From: a virus
Length of the DNA stretch: 64,000 nucleotides
Strand: one strand, 5' to 3'
Virus record (IMG/VR): IMGVR_UViG_3300043409_001462
Span: 96,001-160,000 of that record
Both the position numbers and the translations under genes were made by a program. Below are positions 55,849 to 64,000 of the stretch, piece after piece (position 1 is the first letter of the stretch; every line of letters begins with the position of its first letter). The notes beneath the pieces are model-generated. The model saw only the letters and a list, made by a program, of their open reading frames with translations. It did no database searches and was not told where the DNA came from.

Positions 55849-57906
55849 ATGGAAAAGATAGGCTTATACCTCACAAGCACATGGATGGTTGCTATCAGCG
55901 CCTGTCTCCTGTTGACATTGTATGTAATCAATCCAAGTCCTATACAAACACTTCAGCTAAAAACTTTTGATTATCTAATAACTTCACTTGATAGAAAACA
56001 ATCAGATGAAATTGTCGTTGTCAACTTTGGTGAAAAGTCGGTCGAACAGTTTGGTCAGTGGCCATTCGACAGACGCGATATCGCAAAGACGATTGATAAA
56101 CTAAAAGAAAACGGTGCTGCGGTAATCGTTGCACCTATTTTGTTTTCCGAAAAGGATAGAGCAGGTGGCGATGATGAACTGGCAAAAACTCTTGATGGTG
56201 TTATCCTCGCACAAACACCTACTACACAAAACAATAAGCCTGATTCGGTCCGTCGTGGGTTCGCTAGTATCGGTCCTATTGATCCTGCTGGGGTTGTCTA
56301 TCGTTGGCCTGGTGGACTACGCCCTCTTGACCAGCATGCCAAAGTTGCCTCAGGAGTTGGTGTGGTCGCAACAGTTCCTGAAGTGGACGGTGTGGTTCGC
56401 CGTATTCCTTTACTTGTCAATATTGCATCTGGTCTTTATCCAAGTATTCCTTTGGAGACCATTCGTGTCGCTGCTGGAGATCCTAGCTTTCAAGTTAAGA
56501 CGAACGAAGGTGGAATAGAGGCTGTAAGGGTTCCAGCGTTTCCTGCTATACCAACTGATGAAAGAGGACGAATCTGGTTAAGCTGGAATACCAAATTTGA
56601 AACAATAGAAACAACTCAAATCGACAACCGTGTCAAAGATAAGATAGTCATACTTGGTTTGACTATTGAAGGTGTTGGAGGTATAATAGGTACTCCAATA
56701 GGTGAGAAGTGGGCACATGAGATACAAGCTCAGGCTCTTCAAACACTAGTTGATGGTACTTCTATTTCTCGCCCCAGCGTAGGAAGGCTAGTAGAAGGAA
56801 TATTACTAACCACCATGCTACTACTATTGCTCCATATAGTTCCAAGACTGACTGTAGCGTTAACAGTTCCATTCTACGCTTTCATTGTGGTTGGAGTATC
56901 AGTTTCGAGTTATTATTTATTTAAAACACAGCTGCAGTTATGGGACCCAAGTTATATAGTATTGGCTGTATCTATCATATTTGCCCATCTAGTGTTTAAT
57001 AACTTTGCTCGTGAGTTTAGATTAAAGCAACAAATCAAGAAGCAATTTGGAACTTATCTTTCACCAGCTTTGGTTGAAAAGTTGCAGAAAAATCCAGAAC
57101 TACTAAGATTAGGAGGAGAAACACGTGAGCTATCTATTATGTTTACTGACGTTAGGGGTTTCACGACTATTTCTGAACATTATGGTAGTGATGTACAAGG
57201 TCTTACGCAAATAATGAATCGATATATGACAGCGATGACAGCTAAGATAATTCAAAACGAAGGTACATTAGACAAGTATATTGGCGATGCTCAGATGGCG
57301 TTTTGGAATGCACCACTAGATGATGAAATGCACGCTAGACATGCAGTAAAAACGGCGTTGGAGATGTTAAATGATTTGGAACGATTTAATAAAGAAATCG
57401 CTTTGGAAGGAGTTCCTGCTTTCGGTATGGGATTGGGTATTAACACTGGTAGTGTTGTTGTGGGTAACATGGGAAGTTCTCAGCGTTTTGATTACACATG
57501 TTTGGGTGATACTGTTAATTTGGCTTCGAGGTTAGAAGGTCAATCAAAACCATATCATGTAAAGATGGTTATCGGACCACAAACATATGAGTATGTTAAG
57601 GATGAATACCTATGCTTAGAGCTAGATTGTCTTGCTGTTAAGGGTAAAACAAAAGGCGTTAACATATACACTATCGTAAACAAGAATGGACTCAACATAG
57701 CCGCATCTCGCTCTCACGCAGAATTTTTAATGCATTATCGTGAACAAAATTGGGATAAAGCTCTTGAATATATACCGTATATAGAACAAGCATTCGAAGG
57801 CGATATGATAGAATACTATGAAATGATGAAAGAGAGAGTAGAGGACTATAAGAAGAATCCTCTATCAAAGGATTGGGATGGAGTATATCGTACCAACAGC
57901 AAGTAA
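55849..57906 (+). CDS. CHASE2-domain class III adenylate/guanylate cyclase
   Basis: GQWPFDR (CHASE2), three TM helices, FTDVRGFT, DKYIGDAQMAFW, GDTVNLASRLEG, VKGK. Confidence 0.92.
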   Translation: MEKIGLYLTSTWMVAISACLLLTLYVINPSPIQTLQLKTFDYLITSLDRKQSDEIVVVNFGEKSVEQFGQWPFDRRDIAKTIDKLKENGAAVIVAPILFSEKDRAGGDDELAKTLDGVILAQTPTTQNNKPDSVRRGFASIGPIDPAGVVYRWPGGLRPLDQHAKVASGVGVVATVPEVDGVVRRIPLLVNIASGLYPSIPLETIRVAAGDPSFQVKTNEGGIEAVRVPAFPAIPTDERGRIWLSWNTKFETIETTQIDNRVKDKIVILGLTIEGVGGIIGTPIGEKWAHEIQAQALQTLVDGTSISRPSVGRLVEGILLTTMLLLLLHIVPRLTVALTVPFYAFIVVGVSVSSYYLFKTQLQLWDPSYIVLAVSIIFAHLVFNNFAREFRLKQQIKKQFGTYLSPALVEKLQKNPELLRLGGETRELSIMFTDVRGFTTISEHYGSDVQGLTQIMNRYMTAMTAKIIQNEGTLDKYIGDAQMAFWNAPLDDEMHARHAVKTALEMLNDLERFNKEIALEGVPAFGMGLGINTGSVVVGNMGSSQRFDYTCLGDTVNLASRLEGQSKPYHVKMVIGPQTYEYVKDEYLCLELDCLAVKGKTKGVNIYTIVNKNGLNIAASRSHAEFLMHYREQNWDKALEYIPYIEQAFEGDMIEYYEMMKERVEDYKKNPLSKDWDGVYRTNSK

Positions 57907-57916
57907 GTTTTTATAC

Positions 57917-58351
57917 TTACTTGCCTTTATTTGCTGGCTCTGCTTTGGGCTCTTGCTTTGGTGGCGTTATGGATATATTATCTATCTTGATAGTACTATT
58001 ATTATGCTTGGCTGCTAATTCTTCTGCAGCCTTAACCTGTTTATCGGCAGCTTCAAGTTCGCGAGATTGAGCTTTAGCTGCTGTTTCTACGTCGTGTAGG
58101 TGTCTTTCTGATTCAATTTCTTTACCGCGTAACTGTAATACAATATTAATTTTTTGATTCAAACGAATCAAATCATTGTCTAACATACGGATACGATCTA
58201 TGAGTGCTATAAGTACAGTGCTGGCTTCACTTGTTACAGGTTTGATCTCTTTTGTTGCCCAGGTCCATACATAGTAAATCATATATCCCATGCCACCAGC
58301 GGCTACAATAGGAAATCCGTATTTGTTAATTAGTTCTGCTAACCCACCCAT
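57917..58351 (-). CDS. Membrane protein (GFPI motif, holin-like), paralogue 1
   Basis: YGFPIVAAGG, LIDRIRMLDNDLIRL. Confidence 0.65.
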   Translation of the reverse strand: MGGLAELINKYGFPIVAAGGMGYMIYYVWTWATKEIKPVTSEASTVLIALIDRIRMLDNDLIRLNQKINIVLQLRGKEIESERHLHDVETAAKAQSRELEAADKQVKAAEELAAKHNNSTIKIDNISITPPKQEPKAEPANKGK

Positions 58352-58632
58352 TAGTCTCTCCTTGCATCATTTTTGCCATCTGCGCGTGCGATTCTATCCA
58401 CGTCTGGCTTTACGCCCAATGCGTTTGAAACCAATGTATCGATTCGAATAACGTCATGATTCATTGTTTTGACACGATTATCAAGAGCAGTAATAATACC
58501 AGAGAGACTCTTGACCGCAGACATAACACCAGCGAGGATAAATTTCATTGTTAGAAATACAAAATATCCACCAGCACAGGCTGAAGCGATAGGAAACCCT
58601 ACCTCGGCTACTAATTTAAACCATTCATCCAT
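58351..58632 (-). CDS. Membrane protein (GFPI motif, holin-like), paralogue 2
   Basis: VGFPIASACA, LDNRVKTMNHDVIRI; minus-strand late promoter at 58674-58681. Confidence 0.65.
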   Translation of the reverse strand: MDEWFKLVAEVGFPIASACAGGYFVFLTMKFILAGVMSAVKSLSGIITALDNRVKTMNHDVIRIDTLVSNALGVKPDVDRIARADGKNDARRD

Positions 58633-58699
58633 ATCAACACCTTTTTAGTTGACTTATCAGTAAGAATATAGTATATTTATAATCAAGAGGAGAATAAAA

Positions 58700-60991
58700 A
58701 TGATGGCAAGTATTCAAGTAACGAAGCGTAACGGTAGTAAAGAACCTCTTGATCTGAATAAATTCCATAAGGTGGTAGCTTGGGCTTGTGAAGGACTGAA
58801 TGCAGTTTCTGAATCAGAAATTGAATTGAAGTCGCATATTCAGTTTTATAATGGAATCAAAACAACAGACATTCAAGAAACTTTGATCAAAGCTGCAGCT
58901 GATTTGATCAGTGAAGATACTCCTGCGTATCAGTATGTTGCTGGTCGTCTTATTAACTATCATCTTAGAAAGCAAGTTTATGGCGACTACAACCTTCCTA
59001 CTCTCGTTGCTCATATTGATAATGTTATTGGGGCTGGATACTACGACAAGAATATTAAAGAATGGTATTCTATTGATGATATGGTTATTCTTAATTCTTA
59101 TATTGATCACAAGCGAGACTTTTCAATTGCTTATGTTGGTATGGAGCAATTTCGCGGCAAATATTTGATCAAGAACCGTTCGACTGGACAAGTTTTTGAA
59201 ACGCCTCAGTTTGCGTACATGCTGATAGCAATGGTGTTATTCCGCAATTATCCAAAAGAAACACGTTTGAAATGGGTAAAGGATTTATATGACGCAACAT
59301 CTACTTTTGAAATTTCGCTGCCGACTCCTATTATGGCAGGTCTCCGCTCGCCTCAGAAGCAATTCTCTTCGTGCGTCCTTATCGAGGCAGATGACAGCCT
59401 TGATTCAATTAATGCTACAGCTTCCGCAATCGTTAAGTATGTTTCTCAAAAAGCTGGTATCGGTATTAATGCTGGGCGTATTCGTGCTCTCGGCTCTCCT
59501 ATTCGCGCTGGTGATACTACGCATACTGGTGTGGTGCCTTTCTTCAAGCACTTTCAGTCTGCAGTTAAATCGTGTTCACAAGGCGGTGTCAGAGGCGGTG
59601 CAGCAACTCTATACTACCCTATCTGGCATTTGGAAGTCGAAGATCTATTGGTACTAAAGAACAACAAAGGTACAGAAGATAATCGTATCCGTGGTTTGGA
59701 CTATGGCGTTCAATTTAATAAGGTGATGTATGAAAGACTGCTTGTGGGTGGAAACATCACCCTCTTTTCCCCTAATGACGTTCCTGCTCTTTATGATGCT
59801 TTCTTTGTGGACGTGGATAAGTTTCGAACTCTATACCTCGAAGCAGAAGCAGATCCAACCATCAGAAGAAAGTCAATCCCAGCCGTTGACCTCTTTTCAG
59901 CTTTCATGCAAGAGAGAAAAGATACAGGGCGAATTTACCTGCAAAATGTAGATCATGCAAACGACCACGGATCCTTCATCAAAGAACTAGCACCCATTCA
60001 TCAGTCTAACCTTTGCTGTGAAATTGACTTGCCGACCAAGCCACTAAATGATATTAATGATCCTGATGGAGAGATTTCACTATGTACATTAGCTGCTATC
60101 AACTGGGGAAAAATTCGTGATCCTGCTGACTTTGAACGTCCTTGCACTTTGGCTGTTCGTGCACTTGATGAGCTACTCGACTATCAGGACTATCCTGTCT
60201 TGGCAGCAAAAAATTCCACGATGGCAAGGCGTCCTCTTGGAGTTGGTATCATTAATCTTGCTTATTGGCTCGCTCGTAATGATTTGTCTTACCAGCATAT
60301 TGATCATGATGGTTTGAGTAAGCTACATTCATTTGCAGAGGCTTGGTCTTATTATCTTATTAAAGCATCAGTTGATCTAGCAGAGGAGAAGGGTGCCTGT
60401 GAGAAGAGTAATGAAACAAAGTATAGTCAAGGTGCGTTCCCCATACACACCTACAAGAGAGAACTGGACGATATTGTATCGCCTGAATATCGGATGGACT
60501 GGGTTTCGTTGGGCGCTAAAGTTCAGCGTGTCGGCATCAGGAACTCAACTCTTATGGCTCTCATGCCATCAGAAACATCAGCACAGATTAGCAACGCAAC
60601 GAATGGTATTGAACCGCCAAGATCTTTGGTTTCGGTTAAACAAAGTAAGGATGGTGTACTTAAGCAAGTCGTACCTGAGGTGCGTAAGCTTAAAAAGAAG
60701 TACGATCTTCTCTGGGACCAACAATCGCCAGAGGGATACCTTAAAATCTGTGCAGTTCTTCAGAAGTTCATTGATCAAGGAATTTCCGTTAACACCTCGT
60801 ACAACCCAAAGTTCTACGAAGATGAAAAGATACCGATGAGTGATATGATTGGTCATCTATTGATGTTCTATAAGTATGGTGGAAAACAGCTATATTATTT
60901 CAACACCAATGATGGTGCTGGCGAGTATGAAGAAGCACCATTGGCTCCTGGCGTAGATAACGAAGAGGATTGTGAATCATGCAAGATTTAA
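58700..60991 (+). CDS. nrdA: Ribonucleotide reductase class Ia alpha subunit
   Basis: ATP cone VTKRNG, PTPIMAG, QFSSCVL, SNLCCEI, C-terminal CESCKI. Confidence 0.97.
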   Translation: MMASIQVTKRNGSKEPLDLNKFHKVVAWACEGLNAVSESEIELKSHIQFYNGIKTTDIQETLIKAAADLISEDTPAYQYVAGRLINYHLRKQVYGDYNLPTLVAHIDNVIGAGYYDKNIKEWYSIDDMVILNSYIDHKRDFSIAYVGMEQFRGKYLIKNRSTGQVFETPQFAYMLIAMVLFRNYPKETRLKWVKDLYDATSTFEISLPTPIMAGLRSPQKQFSSCVLIEADDSLDSINATASAIVKYVSQKAGIGINAGRIRALGSPIRAGDTTHTGVVPFFKHFQSAVKSCSQGGVRGGAATLYYPIWHLEVEDLLVLKNNKGTEDNRIRGLDYGVQFNKVMYERLLVGGNITLFSPNDVPALYDAFFVDVDKFRTLYLEAEADPTIRRKSIPAVDLFSAFMQERKDTGRIYLQNVDHANDHGSFIKELAPIHQSNLCCEIDLPTKPLNDINDPDGEISLCTLAAINWGKIRDPADFERPCTLAVRALDELLDYQDYPVLAAKNSTMARRPLGVGIINLAYWLARNDLSYQHIDHDGLSKLHSFAEAWSYYLIKASVDLAEEKGACEKSNETKYSQGAFPIHTYKRELDDIVSPEYRMDWVSLGAKVQRVGIRNSTLMALMPSETSAQISNATNGIEPPRSLVSVKQSKDGVLKQVVPEVRKLKKKYDLLWDQQSPEGYLKICAVLQKFIDQGISVNTSYNPKFYEDEKIPMSDMIGHLLMFYKYGGKQLYYFNTNDGAGEYEEAPLAPGVDNEEDCESCKI

Positions 60992-61403
60992 ATCACTGTG
61001 ATTGTTCAACTATTTGTTCTCGTTGGGTACGATACAGCGACGGTTCTGGTGGATGGTTTTGTCCTTATGCTCTCTACTCTGAGACCATCTGTAAAAAAAC
61101 TACCGACATTGGTAAAGATATGCAACCAACAATTGTTGAAAAAGTTGTGCCAAAAATAATTGAATATGATGAAAGTTGTAAAATATGAGATACTTCTGTT
61201 ATAATTCAATTGATCCAAAGACAGGCGATAAATCGGTTGAAACAGTATCAGAGCAACAAATTCGTGATTGGGAATGGTACGCATGGCAACGTAGGAAGTC
61301 TTGGAAAGAAGGAACAGATTATGTGAACAAAACCTACTGTTTCCAAGACTGTCTAGATGAATGGATCATTGTTAACCAAGCATGGGAGAGTACTAATGAA
61401 TGA
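60979..61403 (+). CDS. Two small hypothetical genes (60979-61188, 61185-61403)
   Basis: Coupled ORFs. Confidence 0.5.
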
Positions 61404-62088
61404 ATCACACGCATATCCAGCACCAGTAGTTGATTGGGGTCTAAGAACATATCTCGTTGGTGTGTTCAATCACATGGGAATCGCATTGCTAATCAGTGCG
61501 GTTGTCAGCGCATACATTGGTCTCACACCTGAGATTGGTGCAGCTATTTGGGGAACACCATTCAAGTGGGTTGCTATCTTTGCGCCTCTTGCATTCGTAT
61601 TTCTGTTTGCATATATTGCAGATAAGATTTCATCAGGAACTGCAGCAATCATGCTCTATTGTTTTGCTGGTTTGATGGGATTGAGCCTCAGTAGCATCTT
61701 TATGATATTCAAGTTGGGTAGCATTGCTAATGTGTTCTTCATTAGTGCTGCAACATTTGGTGCTACTGCATTGTATGGCTACACTACCAAGCGCGATCTT
61801 AGTAGCATGGGTTCGTTCCTCATGATGGGCGCAATTGGTTTGATTATTGCTGGTGTCGTCAATCTGTTCCTACAGAGTAGCGTTATGGCCTTTGTCATCA
61901 GTGTCATCGGTGTGCTTATCTTTGTTGGCTTCACCGCATATGACATGCAGGATATCAAAGAGAAGTACTACGAACTAAATGACGATGAAGAAATCCGCAA
62001 GGCTGGTATCTTTGGCGCTCTTAATCTTTACCTAGACTTCATCAATATCTTTGTGAACCTGCTACAGTTGTTGGGAGATAGAAAGTGA
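61396..62088 (+). CDS. Bax inhibitor-1/YccA family membrane protein
   Basis: Seven hydrophobic segments; YGYTTKRDLS, TAYDMQDIK, ALNLYLDFINIF. Confidence 0.9.
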   Translation: MNESHAYPAPVVDWGLRTYLVGVFNHMGIALLISAVVSAYIGLTPEIGAAIWGTPFKWVAIFAPLAFVFLFAYIADKISSGTAAIMLYCFAGLMGLSLSSIFMIFKLGSIANVFFISAATFGATALYGYTTKRDLSSMGSFLMMGAIGLIIAGVVNLFLQSSVMAFVISVIGVLIFVGFTAYDMQDIKEKYYELNDDEEIRKAGIFGALNLYLDFINIFVNLLQLLGDRK

Positions 62089-63351
62089 ATGATTCATTAG
62101 AAAAAGCTAATGGTCTTCATATCGTTGTTCACGAAACAGAACCAACAGCAAAAATCTATATGTTCATAGATGGAAAATATACACATTGGGTTGAATATGA
62201 TGTGGAACAGATGTGGAATATGATGGAAGTTTTTCGTAAAAAGCTTGATCAAATGGTGGAGAATATGTGATGAACGAGCGAATTAAAGAACTACATGAAC
62301 AGGCTGAAGTGTATTCTTCTATGTGGACAGGGGAAGAAAAACAAAAAGCATTACTAGAAAAGTTTGCTGAGTTGATCGTTAAAGAGTGTGTTAGGTGTGT
62401 TACTCAACCAACTATTCAGGCTGAATTTCCGTATGATATTGCTATAAGAGAATTGCAAAACGTATTAGCAAATGATATGAAGTCTCACTTTGGAGTTAAG
62501 TGATGAACAGACGTAGTATGCTATCTTTTCTTGGTGTTGGTGCTGTTGGTGCGTCAACTCTTGGCGCTCAATCAGGTATGAATCCTGTTCCTTCTACTCA
62601 TGGCACAACTTACGATATGGCATATTCTATTACCAAAGAACCATACGATATTCCTATGGTAAAAGATACCAGTGGATATATCAAAGACATGCAGGAACAG
62701 CTATCGCTAATCACTAGCGACCCTGCTAAGTGGATTGCTCAGAGAGTTACAGACGAAATGAAAGATTGGCGTATGGGGTTTGGAGGTGTCAGGCTTAATG
62801 ATATTGATCCAGACATTCGCAATATGAAGTCGGTCTCAGAAACAACCAAGATGCGTATGTACTTTGAACGGCGAGCAAAACGGCAAGCTGAAGTCAATCA
62901 AATGTCATTGACGGCTCGCATTGCAGAATATCTGGGAGTGAAGGTGTGAGTGAGTGGTCTGAGAAAAACGATTCTACTACCGAAAGTACTGAGTGGATTG
63001 TAAGATGGGAAAATGGTAAATCCAAAAGATATGTTCCCTATGATTATTTGGGTGTAACACGATTTGTTATAAACGGTCTTAAAGAAGGTAAAGTTTATCT
63101 TAACGAAAAAGAAGTTGTTGAACATATAATGTGGGATGGATCATCTTATTGTAAACTTAGGATAAATGATGAGTGAGTGGTCTGATAAACGCGATAGAGA
63201 ATATCGTGATATAGAATATATCGATAAAACATATAAAGATAAATGGTTCGTTCATAGAGTTATTAGGTTTCTTCGTGATCATCCCGAAAGAGCGCCAGAC
63301 TATATAGATTTCGTACCAGATTGGGAGACTAGGAATATAGATGTCGTATAG
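62085..63351 (+). CDS. Five small hypothetical genes (62085-62270, 62267-62503, 62500-62949, 62946-63176, 63166-63351)
   Basis: Overlapping coupled ORFs; 62500-62949 begins with a twin-arginine motif. Confidence 0.55.
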
Positions 63352-64000
63352 TGTATTTGATTCAAATAACAAGAAAGACGCAACACAGGTAAGAGCATTC
63401 TTTGATGATGCTCCTACTATTGCTCGTTATGATAAGCAAAAGTATGCATGGATTGAGAAGCTAACTGATAAACAGCTTGGTTTCTTTTGGCGTCCAGAGG
63501 AAGTCGATATCTATAAGGATGCTAAAGATTTTAAGGATTTGACTGTCCATGAACAACATATTTTTACCTCAAATCTTAAGCGACAAATTCTCCTTGACTC
63601 AGTACAAGGTAGGGCACCAACAATGGCATTTGGACCTATTTGTAGTTTACCTGAACTCGAAACATGGATCACAACTTGGGCATTCTCAGAGACCATCCAC
63701 TCACGCAGCTATACGCACATCATACGAAACATTTATCCAAACCCATCTAAAATCTTCGACGAGATAATGGATATCCCTGAGATCGTCGATTGTGCTGGCG
63801 ATATTAGTAAGTACTATGATACATTGATTGAATATAATAATCTATCAACTGTTGATCCTTATTGGGATAATGCTCCTACTATTTCAATACATGAGCACAA
63901 AAAGGCTCTTTGGCTTGCGCTAATGTCTGTTAACGTACTTGAAGGAGTTAGATTTTATGTATCTTTTGCATGCTCATGGGCATTTGCTGAAGTCAAAAGG
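63341..64000 (+). CDS. nrdB: Ribonucleotide reductase class Ia beta subunit (3' truncated; not in ORF track)
   Basis: MSYSVFD...ARYDKQKY...QLGFFWRPEEVD...NLKRQILLDSVQGR...SETIHSRSY...LEGVRFYVSFACSWAF. Confidence 0.95.
   Translation, partial: MSYSVFDSNNKKDATQVRAFFDDAPTIARYDKQKYAWIEKLTDKQLGFFWRPEEVDIYKDAKDFKDLTVHEQHIFTSNLKRQILLDSVQGRAPTMAFGPICSLPELETWITTWAFSETIHSRSYTHIIRNIYPNPSKIFDEIMDIPEIVDCAGDISKYYDTLIEYNNLSTVDPYWDNAPTISIHEHKKALWLALMSVNVLEGVRFYVSFACSWAFAEVKR

Noticed and set aside
33186-60991. Introns or inteins in gp43, gp41, uvsX or nrdA
   Set aside because: All are uninterrupted and of normal length

Overview
This window is 64 kb of a large T4-like (myovirus-type) phage genome, almost entirely coded on the + strand. 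The host is probably alphaproteobacterial, inferred from a tRNA-His without G-1 and with A73, a DUF1127 gene, a BA14K-like gene and a GCTGTTTGACA boxA. In order it contains: (1) a DNA base-hypermodification cluster (TET/JBP dioxygenase, SAM methyltransferase, amino acid:DNA transferase-like, P-loop kinase, DUF3310-like, GT-A glycosyltransferase) directly upstream of gp45/gp44/gp62/regA; (2) early genes behind sigma70-like TTGACT-N17-TAnnnT promoters; (3) a region of 25 tRNAs (a 26th lies at 29.5 kb) interleaved with unexplained structured RNAs; (4) accessory genes (autotransporter, PP-loop ATPases, DctP); (5) spanins, Hsp20, GH19 endolysin, gp43, uvsX, gp41; (6) putative head-packaged proteins, Dps, primase, thyX; (7) a curli/FecR/CHASE2-cyclase module; (8) nrdA and the start of nrdB. 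The most striking unexplained feature is at 15663-16263: a tandem array of six RNA cassettes. Each has a covarying 7-8 bp closing stem, a T(T/A)CNGCA motif and (units 1-5) a CTGTTGA(G) tail. The cassettes carry different cargo, mostly tRNA-fragment mimics (permuted T-arm/acceptor/D-arm elbows or anticodon stem-loops). The array sits directly upstream of a DUF2828/vWA Ro60-like protein. A second notable feature is that two DNA-modification enzymes end in a polymerase-like sliding-clamp-binding peptide. All family assignments come from motif recognition by eye; no database searches were run.
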